Assembly: GCF_009914755.1 (NCBI RefSeq)
Contig: NC_060925.1
DNA: 64,000 nucleotides
Direction: 5' to 3' (one strand)
From: the human T2T-CHM13v2.0 reference genome, Homo sapiens
Shown: piece by piece, positions 1 through 64,000 of the stretch
How the letters are laid out: each line of letters starts with the position of its first letter
Numbering within the stretch: position 1 is the stretch's first letter
Made by a program: the position numbers and the translations under genes
The notes under the pieces: model-generated
Told to the model about the DNA's origin: nothing
The model's input: the letters and a program-made list of their open reading frames with translations, nothing else
Database searches by the model: none

Positions 1-425
1 CTGGGGTTCTTAACTATTACAAATGGAGCTACTATGAACATTTGTGTGTACAAGTCTTAGTGTGGACAAATACTTTTATTTCTCTGGAATAAATACCAAG
101 GGGTGGAAAGACTGGGTTCGTATGATAGATGTGGTTTCACTTTTAAAGAAAATGCCAAACTGATTGTACCATTTAAATTCTAGCTAGCAATGTTATATCA
201 ATTGCCCTTATGCTTGTCAATCTTTGTTATGATCAGCCTTTCCAATTTTAGCCATTCTAGTGGATGTGTAATAATAATATTGTGGCTTTGATTTGCATTT
301 CACTAATGGCTAATGATTTTGAGTGTCTTTTCATGTATATGTTTGCCATATGCAGATCTACTTTGGCGAAATGTCTGTTCAAATCTTTTGCCAATTTTCC
401 CCAATTGGATTGTTCTCTTTTCTTT

Positions 426-732
426 TTCCTTTTTTTTTTTTTTTTGAGACAGAGTTTCGCTCTGTCGCCCAGGCTGGAGTGCAGTGGCCCGATCTCGGCT
501 CACTGCAAGCTCCGCCTCCCAGGTTCATGCCATTCCATTCTCCTGCCTCAGCCTCCCGAGTAGCTGGGACTACAGGCACCTGCTACCATGCCAGGCTAAT
601 TTTTTGTATTTTTTAGTAGAGACGGGGTTTCACCGTGTTAGCCAGGATGGTCTCGATCTCCTGACCTCGTGATCCACCCGCCTCAGCCTCCCAAAGCGCT
701 GGGATTACAGGCGTGAGCCACCGCGCCCTGCC
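426..732 (-). mobile_element. AluY-like SINE
   Basis: poly-T + Alu antisense, gcaagctccgcc diagnostic; TSD tggattgtt(c/t)tctt. Confidence 0.93.
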
Positions 733-880
733 TGGATTGTTTTCTTATTGATAAGTTGTAAGAATTATTTATATGCTGTAAATACCATTCTTTTTTTGAG
801 TAGATGTTTTGCAAATACTTTCTCCTAGTCTATGGCTTACCTTTCCATTTTCATAACAGTGAATGTAGAGACAGCAAAAG

Positions 881-1187
881 TTTTTTGTTGTTGTTTCAGA
901 CAGGGTCTCCTTCTGTTGCCCAGGCTGGAGTGCAGTGGCACAACCATGGCTCACTGCAGCCTCAACCTCCCAGGCCCTAGTGATCCTCCTACCTCAGCCT
1001 CCTGAGTAGCTGGGAGCACAGGTATGTGCCACCATGCCCAGCTAACTTTTTAAATTTGGGGGGAAGAGTTGGGGGGTGGGGTCTCTCTGTGTTGCCAGGA
1101 CTGATCTCAAACTCCTGGGCTCAAGCAATCTTCCTATCTTGGCCTCCCAAAGAGTGAGATTACAGGTGTGAGCCACCATGCCCAGCC
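881..1187 (-). mobile_element. AluJ-like SINE
   Basis: diverged Alu antisense consensus. Confidence 0.88.
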
Positions 1188-2345
1188 AAAAGTGTTTAGT
1201 TTTATTAAGCCCAATAGATTAATTTACTTCTTTTAGAGATTGTGCTTTTTTGTATGTATTTTAAAATCTTTGCCTATGTTTTATTCTAGAAGTTTTATAC
1301 CTTTAGTTCTGACATTTAGGTCTATGATCTATTTTGAGTTAATTTTTTATATCATATGTGGCAAGGATTGAAGTTATTTATTTTTTAGTTATGGCTATGC
1401 AATTGTTTCAGCACCATTTATTATAAAGATTACCTTTCTCCAGTTGAATTCTCTTGCCATGTTTGTTGAAAATCAGTTGTCTATATATGTGTGGGTCAAT
1501 TTTTACACCCTCAATTCTGTTCTATTGACCTGTATGTCTGTGTTTACAACAATACCACATTGTTCTAATTAATATAACTTAATAATAAATCTTGGTAAAG
1601 GCAATGTAACTCCTCCAACTTTGTTGTTCTTTTCAAAGATATTTTGGCTATTCTCTGTCCTTATTATATGATTTCCATGTAAATCTTAAAATTAGCTTGT
1701 CAATTTCTACAAAGAAGCCTGCTGAATTTTGATTGGGCTTGTATTAAATCCATCAAGTAATTAGGGGAAAATGGACATCATTACACATTTAAGTCTTCTA
1801 GTCTGTGAAGATGGCATAGCTTTCCATTTAATTATTCCTTACTTTTTATCAGCAATGATTTGTGTTCTTCAGTGCTCAGTTTTTCACATCTGTTGTCAGA
1901 TTTATTCCAAAGTATATCATTTTTTGATGCTGTTACAAATAGCATTACTCTTAATTTCAAGTCATAATTGTTTATTGTGTGTAATAACACAATTAATTTT
2001 TGCATATTGATCTTTTATTCTGCAACTTTGCTAAACTCACTTTTTAATTTAGTGGCTTTTAGATTCTTTAGGATATTCTACAGTGCCAATCATTTTGTCT
2101 GCAATTTTTACTTCTTTCTTTCCAATTTGTAGGCATTTTATGTTTTTCTTGCCTTATTTCACTGGTTAGAACCTCTATTACATTGTTAAGTAGAGGTGGT
2201 AAAAGCAGACCTCTGTGACTTTTTCCTTCTTTGAAGGAAAGTTTTCTGTCAATCACCACCAACATGACTGACACTAGCAGTAGATTTTTTGTGAAAGCTC
2301 TTTATCAATTTGGGAAAGTTTCCTTCTATTCTCAGTGTGCTGGGA

Positions 2346-2657
2346 GTTTTTTGTTTTTGTTTTTGTTTTTGTTTTGAGACAGAGTTTTGTTCTGTGGCCC
2401 AGGCTGGAGTGCAGTGACATGATCACAGCTAACTGCAACCTCTGCCTCCCAGGTTCAAGCAATTCTCGTGCCTCAGCCTTACAAGCAGCTAGGACTACAG
2501 GCATGCTCCACCACGCTTGGCTAATTTTTATTATTTTAGTAGAGACGGGGTTTCGCCATGTTGGCCAGTCTGGTCTCGAACTCCTGGCCTCAAGCGATCC
2601 ACCTGTCTCTGCCTCCCAAAGTGCCGGGATTATAAGTGTGGGCCACCGCGCCTAGCC
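2346..2657 (-). mobile_element. AluS-like SINE
   Basis: Alu antisense consensus with (TTTTTG)n tail. Confidence 0.92.
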
Positions 2658-2683
2658 AAGTTTTTATTAGGAATAAATGTGGG

Positions 2684-2990
2684 GGCTGGGTGCCGTGGCT
2701 CACACCTGTAATCCCGGCACTTTGGGAGACTGAGGCAGGCGGATCACCTGAGGTCAGGAGTTTGAGACCAGCCTGGCCAACACAATAAAACCCCATCTCT
2801 ACTAAAAATACAAAATTTAGCTGGGCGTAGTGGCAAATGCCTGTGATCTCAGCTACAGCTAATCAGGAGGCCGAGGCAGGAGAACTGCTTGAAGCTAGGA
2901 GGCAGAGGTTGCAGTCAGCTGAGATTGCACCATTGCACTCCAGCCTGGGCGACAAGCATGAATACTTGGTCTAAAAAAAAAAAAAAAAAG
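2684..2990 (+). mobile_element. AluS-like SINE
   Basis: ggctgggtgccgtggctcacacctgtaatccc... poly-A. Confidence 0.92.
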
Positions 2991-3429
2991 AAGGAAGGAA
3001 GGGAATTTGTCAAATGTTTTGTGGCATCTATTGGGATGATCATATAGATTTTATTGTTTAATCTATTAATAAGATAAATTACATTGATTGGCTTTTGAAT
3101 GATAAAACAACCTTGCATTGCTGTGATAAAATCTGCTTGGTGGTGATGCATTACCATCATTATATACTGATAGGTTCAACTTGCTAAAATTTTGTTAAGG
3201 ATTACTGCATGTGTGTTCATGAAGTCTTCTGTAATGTCATTATTATAAGGTTGTTTTCCGGTTTGGATATCAGAGTAGTACTGGTGTTATAGAATTAATA
3301 TGGACATATTTCATTCTCTTGAATTTTTTGAAAGAGTTTGTAGACAGTTGGTATTATTTCTGCCTTAAATGTGTAGTATAAATCACCATTGAATTTATCG
3401 GGTCTGGAGTTTTCTTTGTTGGAAGGTTG

Positions 3430-3814
<385 letters not shown>

Positions 3815-4891
3815 TAATTTCTATAATAAATATAGGGCTTTTCAGGTTACCTTGTTTTTAACTGAATGAACTTTGGTAGTCTGTGTCTTTCAGAGGCTAA
3901 ATATTTTATCTAAGTTATCTAACTTATTTCTTCTTCTAATGTCTGGAATTTGTAGTGATGTCCTCTCTCACATTTCTAATATTGGTATTTAGTATCTTCT
4001 CTCTTTTTAACCGCTGGATCAGTCTGACTAGAAGTTTATGAATTTTATTGATATTCTTAAAGAATCAACTTTCAGTTTCATTGATTTTCTCTGTTTTCTT
4101 TTTGTTTTTCATTTTCTTGGTTTTTAAAAATCTTATCTTTATTATTTCCTTTCTCCTGCTCACTAGGGTTTTAATTTTCTTTTCCTTTTCTAGTTTTTTA
4201 AGGTAGAAGCTGAGGATATTAATTTGAGACCTTTCTGGTTTTTCTAATAGAGGCAAATTAGGGCAATAACTTTACCTCTAAGCAGGATTTTAGTGGCATC
4301 TCACAAATTTTTATGTTTTCTTTTCATTTTCAATCACTGTTAAACACTTCCTTATTTCCCATTGGATTTCTTCTTTGCCTCATGCATTATTTAAAAGTTT
4401 GTTATTTAGTGTATTAGTCTGTTTTTACGCTGCTGATAAAGACATACCCGAGTCTGGGCAATATACAAAAGAAAGAGGTTTATTGGACTCACTGTTCCGC
4501 ATTGCTGGGGAGGCCTCACAATCATGGTGGAAGGCAAGGAGAAGCAAGTCACATCTTACATGAATGGCAGCAGGCAAAAAGAGGGCTTGTACAGGGATAC
4601 TCCTGTTTTAAAAACCATCAGATCTCATGAGACCCATTCACTATCATGAGAACAGCACAGGAAAGTCCTGCCCCTGTGATTCAATCATCTGTCACCAGGT
4701 CCCTCCCACAACATGCAAGAATTATGGGAGCTACAAGATGAGATTAGGGTGGAGACACAGAGCCAAACCATATTATTCTACCCCTGGCCTCTGCCAAATC
4801 TGGTATCTTCACATTTCAAAGCGAATCATGCCTCTCCAAAAGTTCCCCAAGGTCTCAGCTCATTCCAACATTAACTCAAAAGTCCACAGTC

Positions 4892-5189
<298 letters not shown>

Positions 5190-6103
5190 GTCCACAGTCC
5201 AAAGTCTTATCTGAGACAAGGCAAGTCCCTTCCACCTATAAGCCTGTAAAATCAAAAGCAAGTTAGTTACTTCCTAGATACAATGGGGGTGCAGGCACTG
5301 GATAAATAGAGCCATTCCAAATGGGAGGAATTGGCCAAAACAAAGGGGCTAGAAGTCAAATCTTAAAGCTCCAAAACGATCTCCTTTGACCCCACGTCTC
5401 ACACCCAGGTCATGCTGATGGAATAGGTGGGTTCCCATAGTATTGGGCAGCTCCACCCCTCTTGCTTTGCAGAGTACAGCCTCCCTCCCAGCTGCCTTCA
5501 CAGGCTGGCACTGAGTGTCTGCGGCTTTTCCAGGTGCACGGTGCAAGCTGTCAGTGGATCTACCATTCTGGGGTCTGGAGGATGGTGGCTCTTTCTCACA
5601 GCTCCACTAGGCAGTGCCCCAGTAGGGACTCTGCATGGGGGCTCCCATTCTAAATTTCCCTTCTGTGGTGCCCTAGCAGAGGTTCTCCATGAGGGCTCCA
5701 CTCCTGCAGCAAACTTTTGCCGGAGCATCCAGGCCTTTCCTTGCGTCTTCTGAAATCTAGGTGGAGGTTCTTAAACCTCAATTCTTGACTTCTGTGCACT
5801 CGCAGGCTCAACATCACATGAAAGCTGCCAAGGCTTGAGGCTTGCACCCTCTAAATCCATGGCCCAAGCTCTACACTGGCCCCTTTCAGCCACAGCTGAA
5901 GCAGGTGGGATACAGGGCACCAAGTCCCTAGACTGCATACAGCAGAGGGACCCTGGGCCAGGCACACAAAACCACTTTTTCCTCTTAAACCTCTAGGCCT
6001 GTGATGGGAGGGGCTGCCACAAAGGTCTCTGACATGCCCTGGAGACATTTTCCCCATTGTCTTGGCTCATTGTTACTTATGCAAATTTCTGCAGCCAGCT
6101 TGA

Positions 6104-6469
<366 letters not shown>

Positions 6470-7296
6470 AAATTTTCCAAACTTTTATGCTCCATTTCCC
6501 TTTTGAAGCTGAATGCCTTTAACAGCACCCAAGTCACCTCTTGAATGCTTTCTTTTAGAAATTTCTTCTGCAAGATACCCTAAATCATCTCTCTCAAGTT
6601 CAAAGTTCCACAAACCTCTAGGACAGGGGCAAAATGCTGCCAGTCTCTTTGCTGAAACATAGCAAGAGTCACCTTTGCTCCAGTTCCCAACAAGTTCCTT
6701 ATATGCCTCTGAGACCACCTCCTCCTGGACCTTATTGTCCATATCACCATCAGCATTTTTGTCAAAGCCATTCAACAAGTCTCAAGGAAGTTCCAGATTT
6801 TCCCACATTTTCCTGTCTTCTTCTGAGCCTTCTGAATTGTTCCAAGCTCTGCCTGTTACCCAGTTCCAAAGTTGCTTCCACATTTTTGGGTATCTTTTCA
6901 GCAATGCCCCACTCTACTGGTACCAACTTACTGTATTAGTTTGTTTTCATGCTGCTGACAAAGACATATCTGAGACTGGGCAATTTACAAAAGAAAGAGG
7001 TTTATTGGACTCACAGTTCCACATGGCTGGGGAGGCCTCACAATTATGGCAGAAGGCAAGGAGCAGCAAGCCATGTCTTACATGGATGGCAACAGACAAA
7101 AAGAGAGCTTGTACAGGGAGACTCCTGTTTTTAAAACCATCAGATTTTGTGAGACCTATTCACTATCATGAGAACAGCATGGGAAAGACCCACCCCATGA
7201 TTCAATAATCTCTCACCAGGTCCCTCCCACAACACGTGGGAATTATGGGAGCTACAAGATGAGATTTGGGTGGGGACACAGAGCCAAACCATACTA

Positions 7297-11850
<4,554 letters not shown>

Positions 11851-11891
11851 GTCCTCAATAAATGTTTGACTCCATTCTCTAAACACTGAGT

Positions 11892-11955
11892 GATTTTATC
11901 ATTGGCAATAGATTCTATCATTGGCAATAGATTTTATCATTGGCAATAGATTCTA
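11892..11955. repeat. 19-bp tandem repeat x3.4 (GATTYTATCATTGGCAATA)
   Basis: directly visible. Confidence 0.93.
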
Positions 11956-12914
11956 GGTTCTTACTGGTAACTTCAGTGTTAGACCTTCTGGATGTTCATG
12001 GCTAGGCACCATGGCAAGTTTACAATGATATATGTTATTGCGATGTCTCCTATTTGTTTCAGTTATCTCTTGTTTTCTCATTTAGACTGCAAATTCCCTG
12101 AGGTCAGAAACCCTCCAATGTTACATTTCTATGTATCTTCCACCCAAAACTAGGCAAATTTATTTTTAACTCTTACTTAATCTTTACCCATTTGAAAATT
12201 CCATTTGAAGTGTTACCAAATAATACATGTAGGATTAGAGTTTATGTTAAACATCAATGCCACATATTCAAACGCTATGAGTGAAAATGAATTCTGATTC
12301 ATCCCCTAATTTTATATATGCTAGGAGGAAGAACCACCACCCCTACCTTCACTATGGTCAGCTGAGAACTGTCTTCTAATTATCCACCAGGCTTGTCAAT
12401 ATCTTTTTAAGAAAATGATTTTTTCAAAAATGTAAATAAATCAAAACCCTATAAAATCTATACACTTAAGTAGCTAGTTCTTCAGTAACAGAGAGCTCTG
12501 ACCTTTCATGTAAAAGCTTTTGTAAATATTAGTCAAAGTGAATATTATTCACTTTGTAAAGTAATAATATTCGATTAGATCATGTTGGAGTTTTGTTTTT
12601 TTCATCAATTAATTGTTATTAATTCTAATCTAAGGAGAAATAAGATAAAATCATGTTTTAAATCTGCTTTAATATTCTGGTAGTATATTGGGAAAAAATA
12701 CATGCTATTTCATCCACTCCCTCTGCAACAAATACACCCTCATTCAACAGTAAATACATTTCAGGTTCTGTCCTTGGCGGTAAGGATGCTACTGAGGGGA
12801 AGACACCAAATGCCTTGTTTTCATGGTATATTCCCTTTTGGTACTATTCATTTTATGGAGGCTTTATTTAGGTTAATAGCATAATATATTTATAATGTGT
12901 GAAGATCTGTGGGT

Positions 12915-14170
12915 TTATTCAACAAATCATTTGTTGAGTACCTTATATATTCCAGACATTGTTCTAGGCACTGATATTACAGCAGTGAACAAAACAGACA
13001 AATCCGCTGCTTCCATGGAGCTTATATTGGAGGTTGGGTGGCAGTAAAGTAGATAAACATAAGGCAGGTGGTAAACGCTCTAAAGAAAAATAAAGCACAG
13101 TGATGAGCCAGCTAGTCATGAGAAGGAGTTCTGTTTTACGTAGGGGTATCAGGGAAGGCCTCACTTGTAAGATATGGCACTGTTACAGAGACACGATGAA
13201 GTGAGGAAACTAGTTAGCCAGGCAGACTATTTGGGGAATTATTCCAGGCTGATGGAAAATTGCAAGTGCAGATACACGAATGCAGGATTAGGCTTGGTGT
13301 ATCTGAGTGGAACCAACAGAGCAAGGGAGGAGTGTTAGGAAATGAGGGTAAAAGGGCAGAGGAGTAAAATTAAATAAGACAGTGTACTCCATAAAAAAGT
13401 AATTGCATTTTACTTGGAAATGGGAAGCCACGGGAAGGTTATGAGCAGGGGAGAGGCATGACCACATTTATTTCATAAAACAATTGCTTTAGCTACTATT
13501 GAGACTATGACTTTGGAAGGGCAAGAGCAGAAGCAAGAACATGACAAGGCTATTGCAGTTATTCAGGTGAGAGATGGGTGGCCTGGCCTGCACTGCTGGC
13601 ACTGGAGATGGGGAGAAGTGGTCAGATTCTGAATGTATTTCAAATGTTTATGCTGAGTGAAAGAGTCAGACAAAAAAAGAATGTATACGGTATTATTCCA
13701 TTTATATCAAATTCTAGAAAATGCAAACCAATCTGCAGTGACAGAAGGTTGTCTGAAGACAGCTGGGACAAGGGAGGGAGGGATTATAAAGGATCATGAG
13801 AACTCTTTCAGAGGTGATGTTGATGAATATGTTAATTAACTTCATTGTGGTAATGGTCTCATGGGTGTAGACATATGTCAAAAATTATCATTGTACACTT
13901 TAAACATGTGCAATTTATTGTAGGTTAATTATACTTCAACAAAGCTATTAAAAAAGACATGGGATTGTCTGATGGATTGGACTTGGGTGTGAGAAAAAAG
14001 AGGTCGAGGATGGTTTGTATGTTTTTGGCTTAAGCACCTAGAAGATAGGAATTAAATTGTCATTCCTATTCCTCAAATAGGGAAGACCGAAAGGAGCAGA
14101 GTTTGAGAGAAAAAGATAAAGAGTTTGGTTTTCAACATATTGTTAGAGATGCCTATTAGACACATCTAAG
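12915..14170 (-). mobile_element. L2 fragment, interrupted by an L1M 3' fragment (+) at about 13640-13955
   Basis: attcaacaaatcatttgttgagtacc...gtgaacaaaacagaca L2 3'-end signature; ttagagatgcctattagac. Confidence 0.75.
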
Positions 14171-14714
14171 ATATTAAAACAAATAAATACACAGTAGAAA
14201 AGAAATGAAGAATGAACAGAACTACTACTTGGATAGAAAGTGCTTGTCCGTGACCTTACCAAATGTATATTTCTCAAGACAGCATTGGAATTACATTGGC
14301 CCAGTAGGAACTCTCACGGCTCCTACAGACAAAAATTTGTGAGCATCTGTTTACCGTTTTTTCCTTATTCGATATAATGGATTGCACAGACAAGCCACAT
14401 TCTTTCTTCTTGCTTTTAAGTAATACGATTTGTTTGGGAAACCAGCTGCTGGGTTTGTTGTTCAAGGTTGATGAGTAACCTTAGAGATTGCAATGAGAAG
14501 CTGCTGGTCACAGACAGATGCCAAGTTCTTCAACCAGGGCTGGAGAGCATTGTAGCCACTCTTCTCTGGGCTGACCTGCTCATGCAGTCCCCCGCTTTTT
14601 TAACTGCACATATAAATCATCCAGTTATAGTATGATTTAAATAAGATTTTGCTTCCCTGCTCAGAAAGAAAGTACAAAAATTGCTTGTTGCTTGATGGAG
14701 GCTTTACAGAGCTG

Positions 14715-14890
14715 TGATTAAAAAGGAGCATACTACCTGGGTTTGAATCTTAGCTCCATCACTCACTAGGTGTTTGAATGCCTTAAGGTAGTCATCTCTG
14801 AAATGGGGATCATAATAGGACCTACTACTCTAAGGTGCGATTGTTGTGAAGATTAATCTTAATTCTGGCATGAAATAAGTATAAAATGGA
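14715..14890 (+). mobile_element. MIR
   Basis: ctgggtttgaatcttagctcc...tgaaatggggatcataata...gttgtgaagattaa core. Confidence 0.7.
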
Positions 14891-15511
14891 AGCTCATCAC
14901 ACTGTTATTAAATTAATTTACTTTTTTCCTATGGATATAGATCTAGGAATCTCAAGATCTCAGCCCAAGGACCATTACCCATTTCTATCAACGACCAAGC
15001 AGGCCACGGGCTCTGATTTATATCCTCAGCCCCCTATTCCACTCACCTCCCCCTTTCTTAATCAAAGAGCACCACGGGATGGTGCCCCCAAGGAAGCCCT
15101 GGGAGGCTGAAAAGGAGGGAGCCTGAAACCAGAGACTAACAGTGGCAAATCGCGGGTGGGATTTGGCAGTTCAGAAAAGGAGGTACCATGCCAAGAGTGG
15201 GGGTAGCGGGGTGAAGTAGCGGGGTGAAGTGGGGGGCTGGTTCGGGACAGGCCACAAACCAGAAACTGCGAGAAGGCGCCAGAAGGGACCTGTTGAGATG
15301 GCGCAGGGTTGGGGGACCCAAGCGCGCGGGGAGGGGTGAACTAAGAATGGAGTCACGCGGAGGTGCTGCGAGGGACTGGGGCAAAGGCAGGTGATTGGGC
15401 GAGGGAGTCCTGGTTGCCACGGCAGCGACCAGAGGAGAAGGCTTCGAGGAGAGGAGGAGGCTGCTGTCAGTCCTCCTCCTGGAGGTCTCCCGCATCCCTC
15501 CTAGAGCCTCT

Positions 15512-15524
15512 GCTGACGTGTCAG
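15512..15524 (+). promoter_or_regulatory. CRE/UPRE-like element GCTGACGTGTCAG (candidate XBP1/CREB3-family site)
   Basis: TGACGTG core inside an inverted repeat CTGAC-gt-GTCAG. Confidence 0.5.
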
Positions 15525-15599
15525 TCGGAAACTGCTCAGACCTTCGCGGGCGCCGCCCCTCTGCGCTTGTCTTCCCACATGCCCCCGGCGCTCCGCCTG

Positions 15600-15782
15600 G
15601 TCCCTGCCCGCGTCCCTGCCCCCGTCCCTGCCCCCGTCCCTGCCCCCGTCCCCGCCCCGTCCCCGCCCCCGTCCCCGCCCCCGTCCCCGCCCCCGCCCCC
15701 GCCCCCGCCCCCGCCCCGTCCCCGCCCCAGCCCCCGCCCCAGCCCCCCCGTCCCCGCCCCGTCCCCGCCCCCGTCCCGCCCC
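15600..15782. repeat. Imperfect GC-rich tandem repeat, (GTCCCYGCCCCC)n / (GCCCCC)n
   Basis: directly visible 12-mer and 6-mer units ending about 60 bp upstream of the ATG. Confidence 0.92.
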
Positions 15783-15839
15783 TCTGCGCCCGCCCCGGCC
15801 TCCTCCTCCGCGTCACCGGCTCCCCGAGGTGACCACAAC

Positions 15840-63360
<47,521 letters not shown>

Positions 63361-64000
63361 AACTATGACCTCTGAGGTTTCATTGGAAAGAAAGTGTACT
63401 GTGCATTATCCATTACAGTAAAGGATTTCATTGGCTTCAAAATCCAAAAGTTTATTTTAAAAGGTTTGTTGTTAGAACTAAGCTGCCTTGGCAGTGTGCA
63501 TTTTTGAGCCAAACAATTCAAAAATGTCATTTCTTCCCTAAATAAAAATCACCTTTTAAGCTAGAGCGTCCTTACAACTTTGAAATGTGCAATAAAGAAT
63601 ACCTGTGTTTTAGCTAATGTAGCATATGTAATTGCAAAATGATTTAGAATGTCATGAAAAATATGAACATTTCCTGTGGAAATGCTTTAAGAACATGTAT
63701 TTCCATTATCCTATTTTTAGTGTACACCAGCTGAATACGGAGCAATGGTGTTTATAAGCGTTTTTTTAAACTATCTGGTCACAAAGACTGTTACGCTAAA
63801 AATGTTTACTAAAAGATCACTAAACTATCTCCCCTCTTGCTGAAGTTCTTTGTAGTAATAGCTCATAAAAATTTGTTTATTAATATTTCCCAAGTGTCTG
63901 TTGACTCATTGGACTGTTATGAGGCTTGTGCCATTTGGGGAACATGTAAACTCAGGCTCCCAGAACTGAAGATGGTGGCTGGTGGCACACTTCCGGCTGC
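63361..64000 (+). other. MIA3: MIA3 3'UTR (probably continues beyond the window)
   Basis: AT-rich non-repeat sequence after the stop codon. Confidence 0.85.
63541..63596 (+). terminator. Two candidate proximal poly(A) signals, AATAAA at 63541-63546 and 63591-63596
   Basis: canonical hexamers; the second is followed by a GT/T-rich tract (ctgtgtttt). Confidence 0.5.

Noticed and set aside
11892-11955. Short direct repeats as a possible CRISPR-like array
   Set aside because: No spacers, eukaryotic context; a plain minisatellite.
15452-15480. Small inverted repeat aggaggaggctg...cagtcctcctcct
   Set aside because: Short, low-complexity hairpin upstream of the probable TSS; no evidence for an RNA gene.

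Overview
Human (primate) genomic DNA containing the complete coding region of MIA3 (TANGO1, the ER-exit-site cargo receptor for procollagen) on the + strand. I traced 28 coding exons with GT-AG boundaries from the ATG at 15840 to the TAA at 63360. They sum to 5724 nt (1907 aa + stop), the canonical TANGO1L length. A second CpG-island promoter in intron 6 (about 41.6-42.4 kb) supplies an alternative first exon (ATG 42216) giving the 785-aa TANGO1S. The first about 15 kb is repeat-dense intergenic DNA: old L1s, a full-length THE1-type MaLR with two nested Alus, L2 and MIR. Points of interest: a GC-rich 12/6-mer repeat in the main promoter with an upstream in-frame ATG; the same TGACGTGT (XBP1/CREB3-type) core in both promoters; an antisense PFDN5 retrocopy with a newly created ATG lying divergent to the TANGO1S promoter; an in-frame 72-nt candidate cassette exon in the proline-rich domain; a 22-nt frame-shifting microexon; two co-oriented Tigger2-family elements; and 3'UTR poly(A) signals interleaved with miRNA seed sites. 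Repeat subfamily names and repeat boundaries are by-eye estimates. No wholly new biological system could be supported from the sequence.
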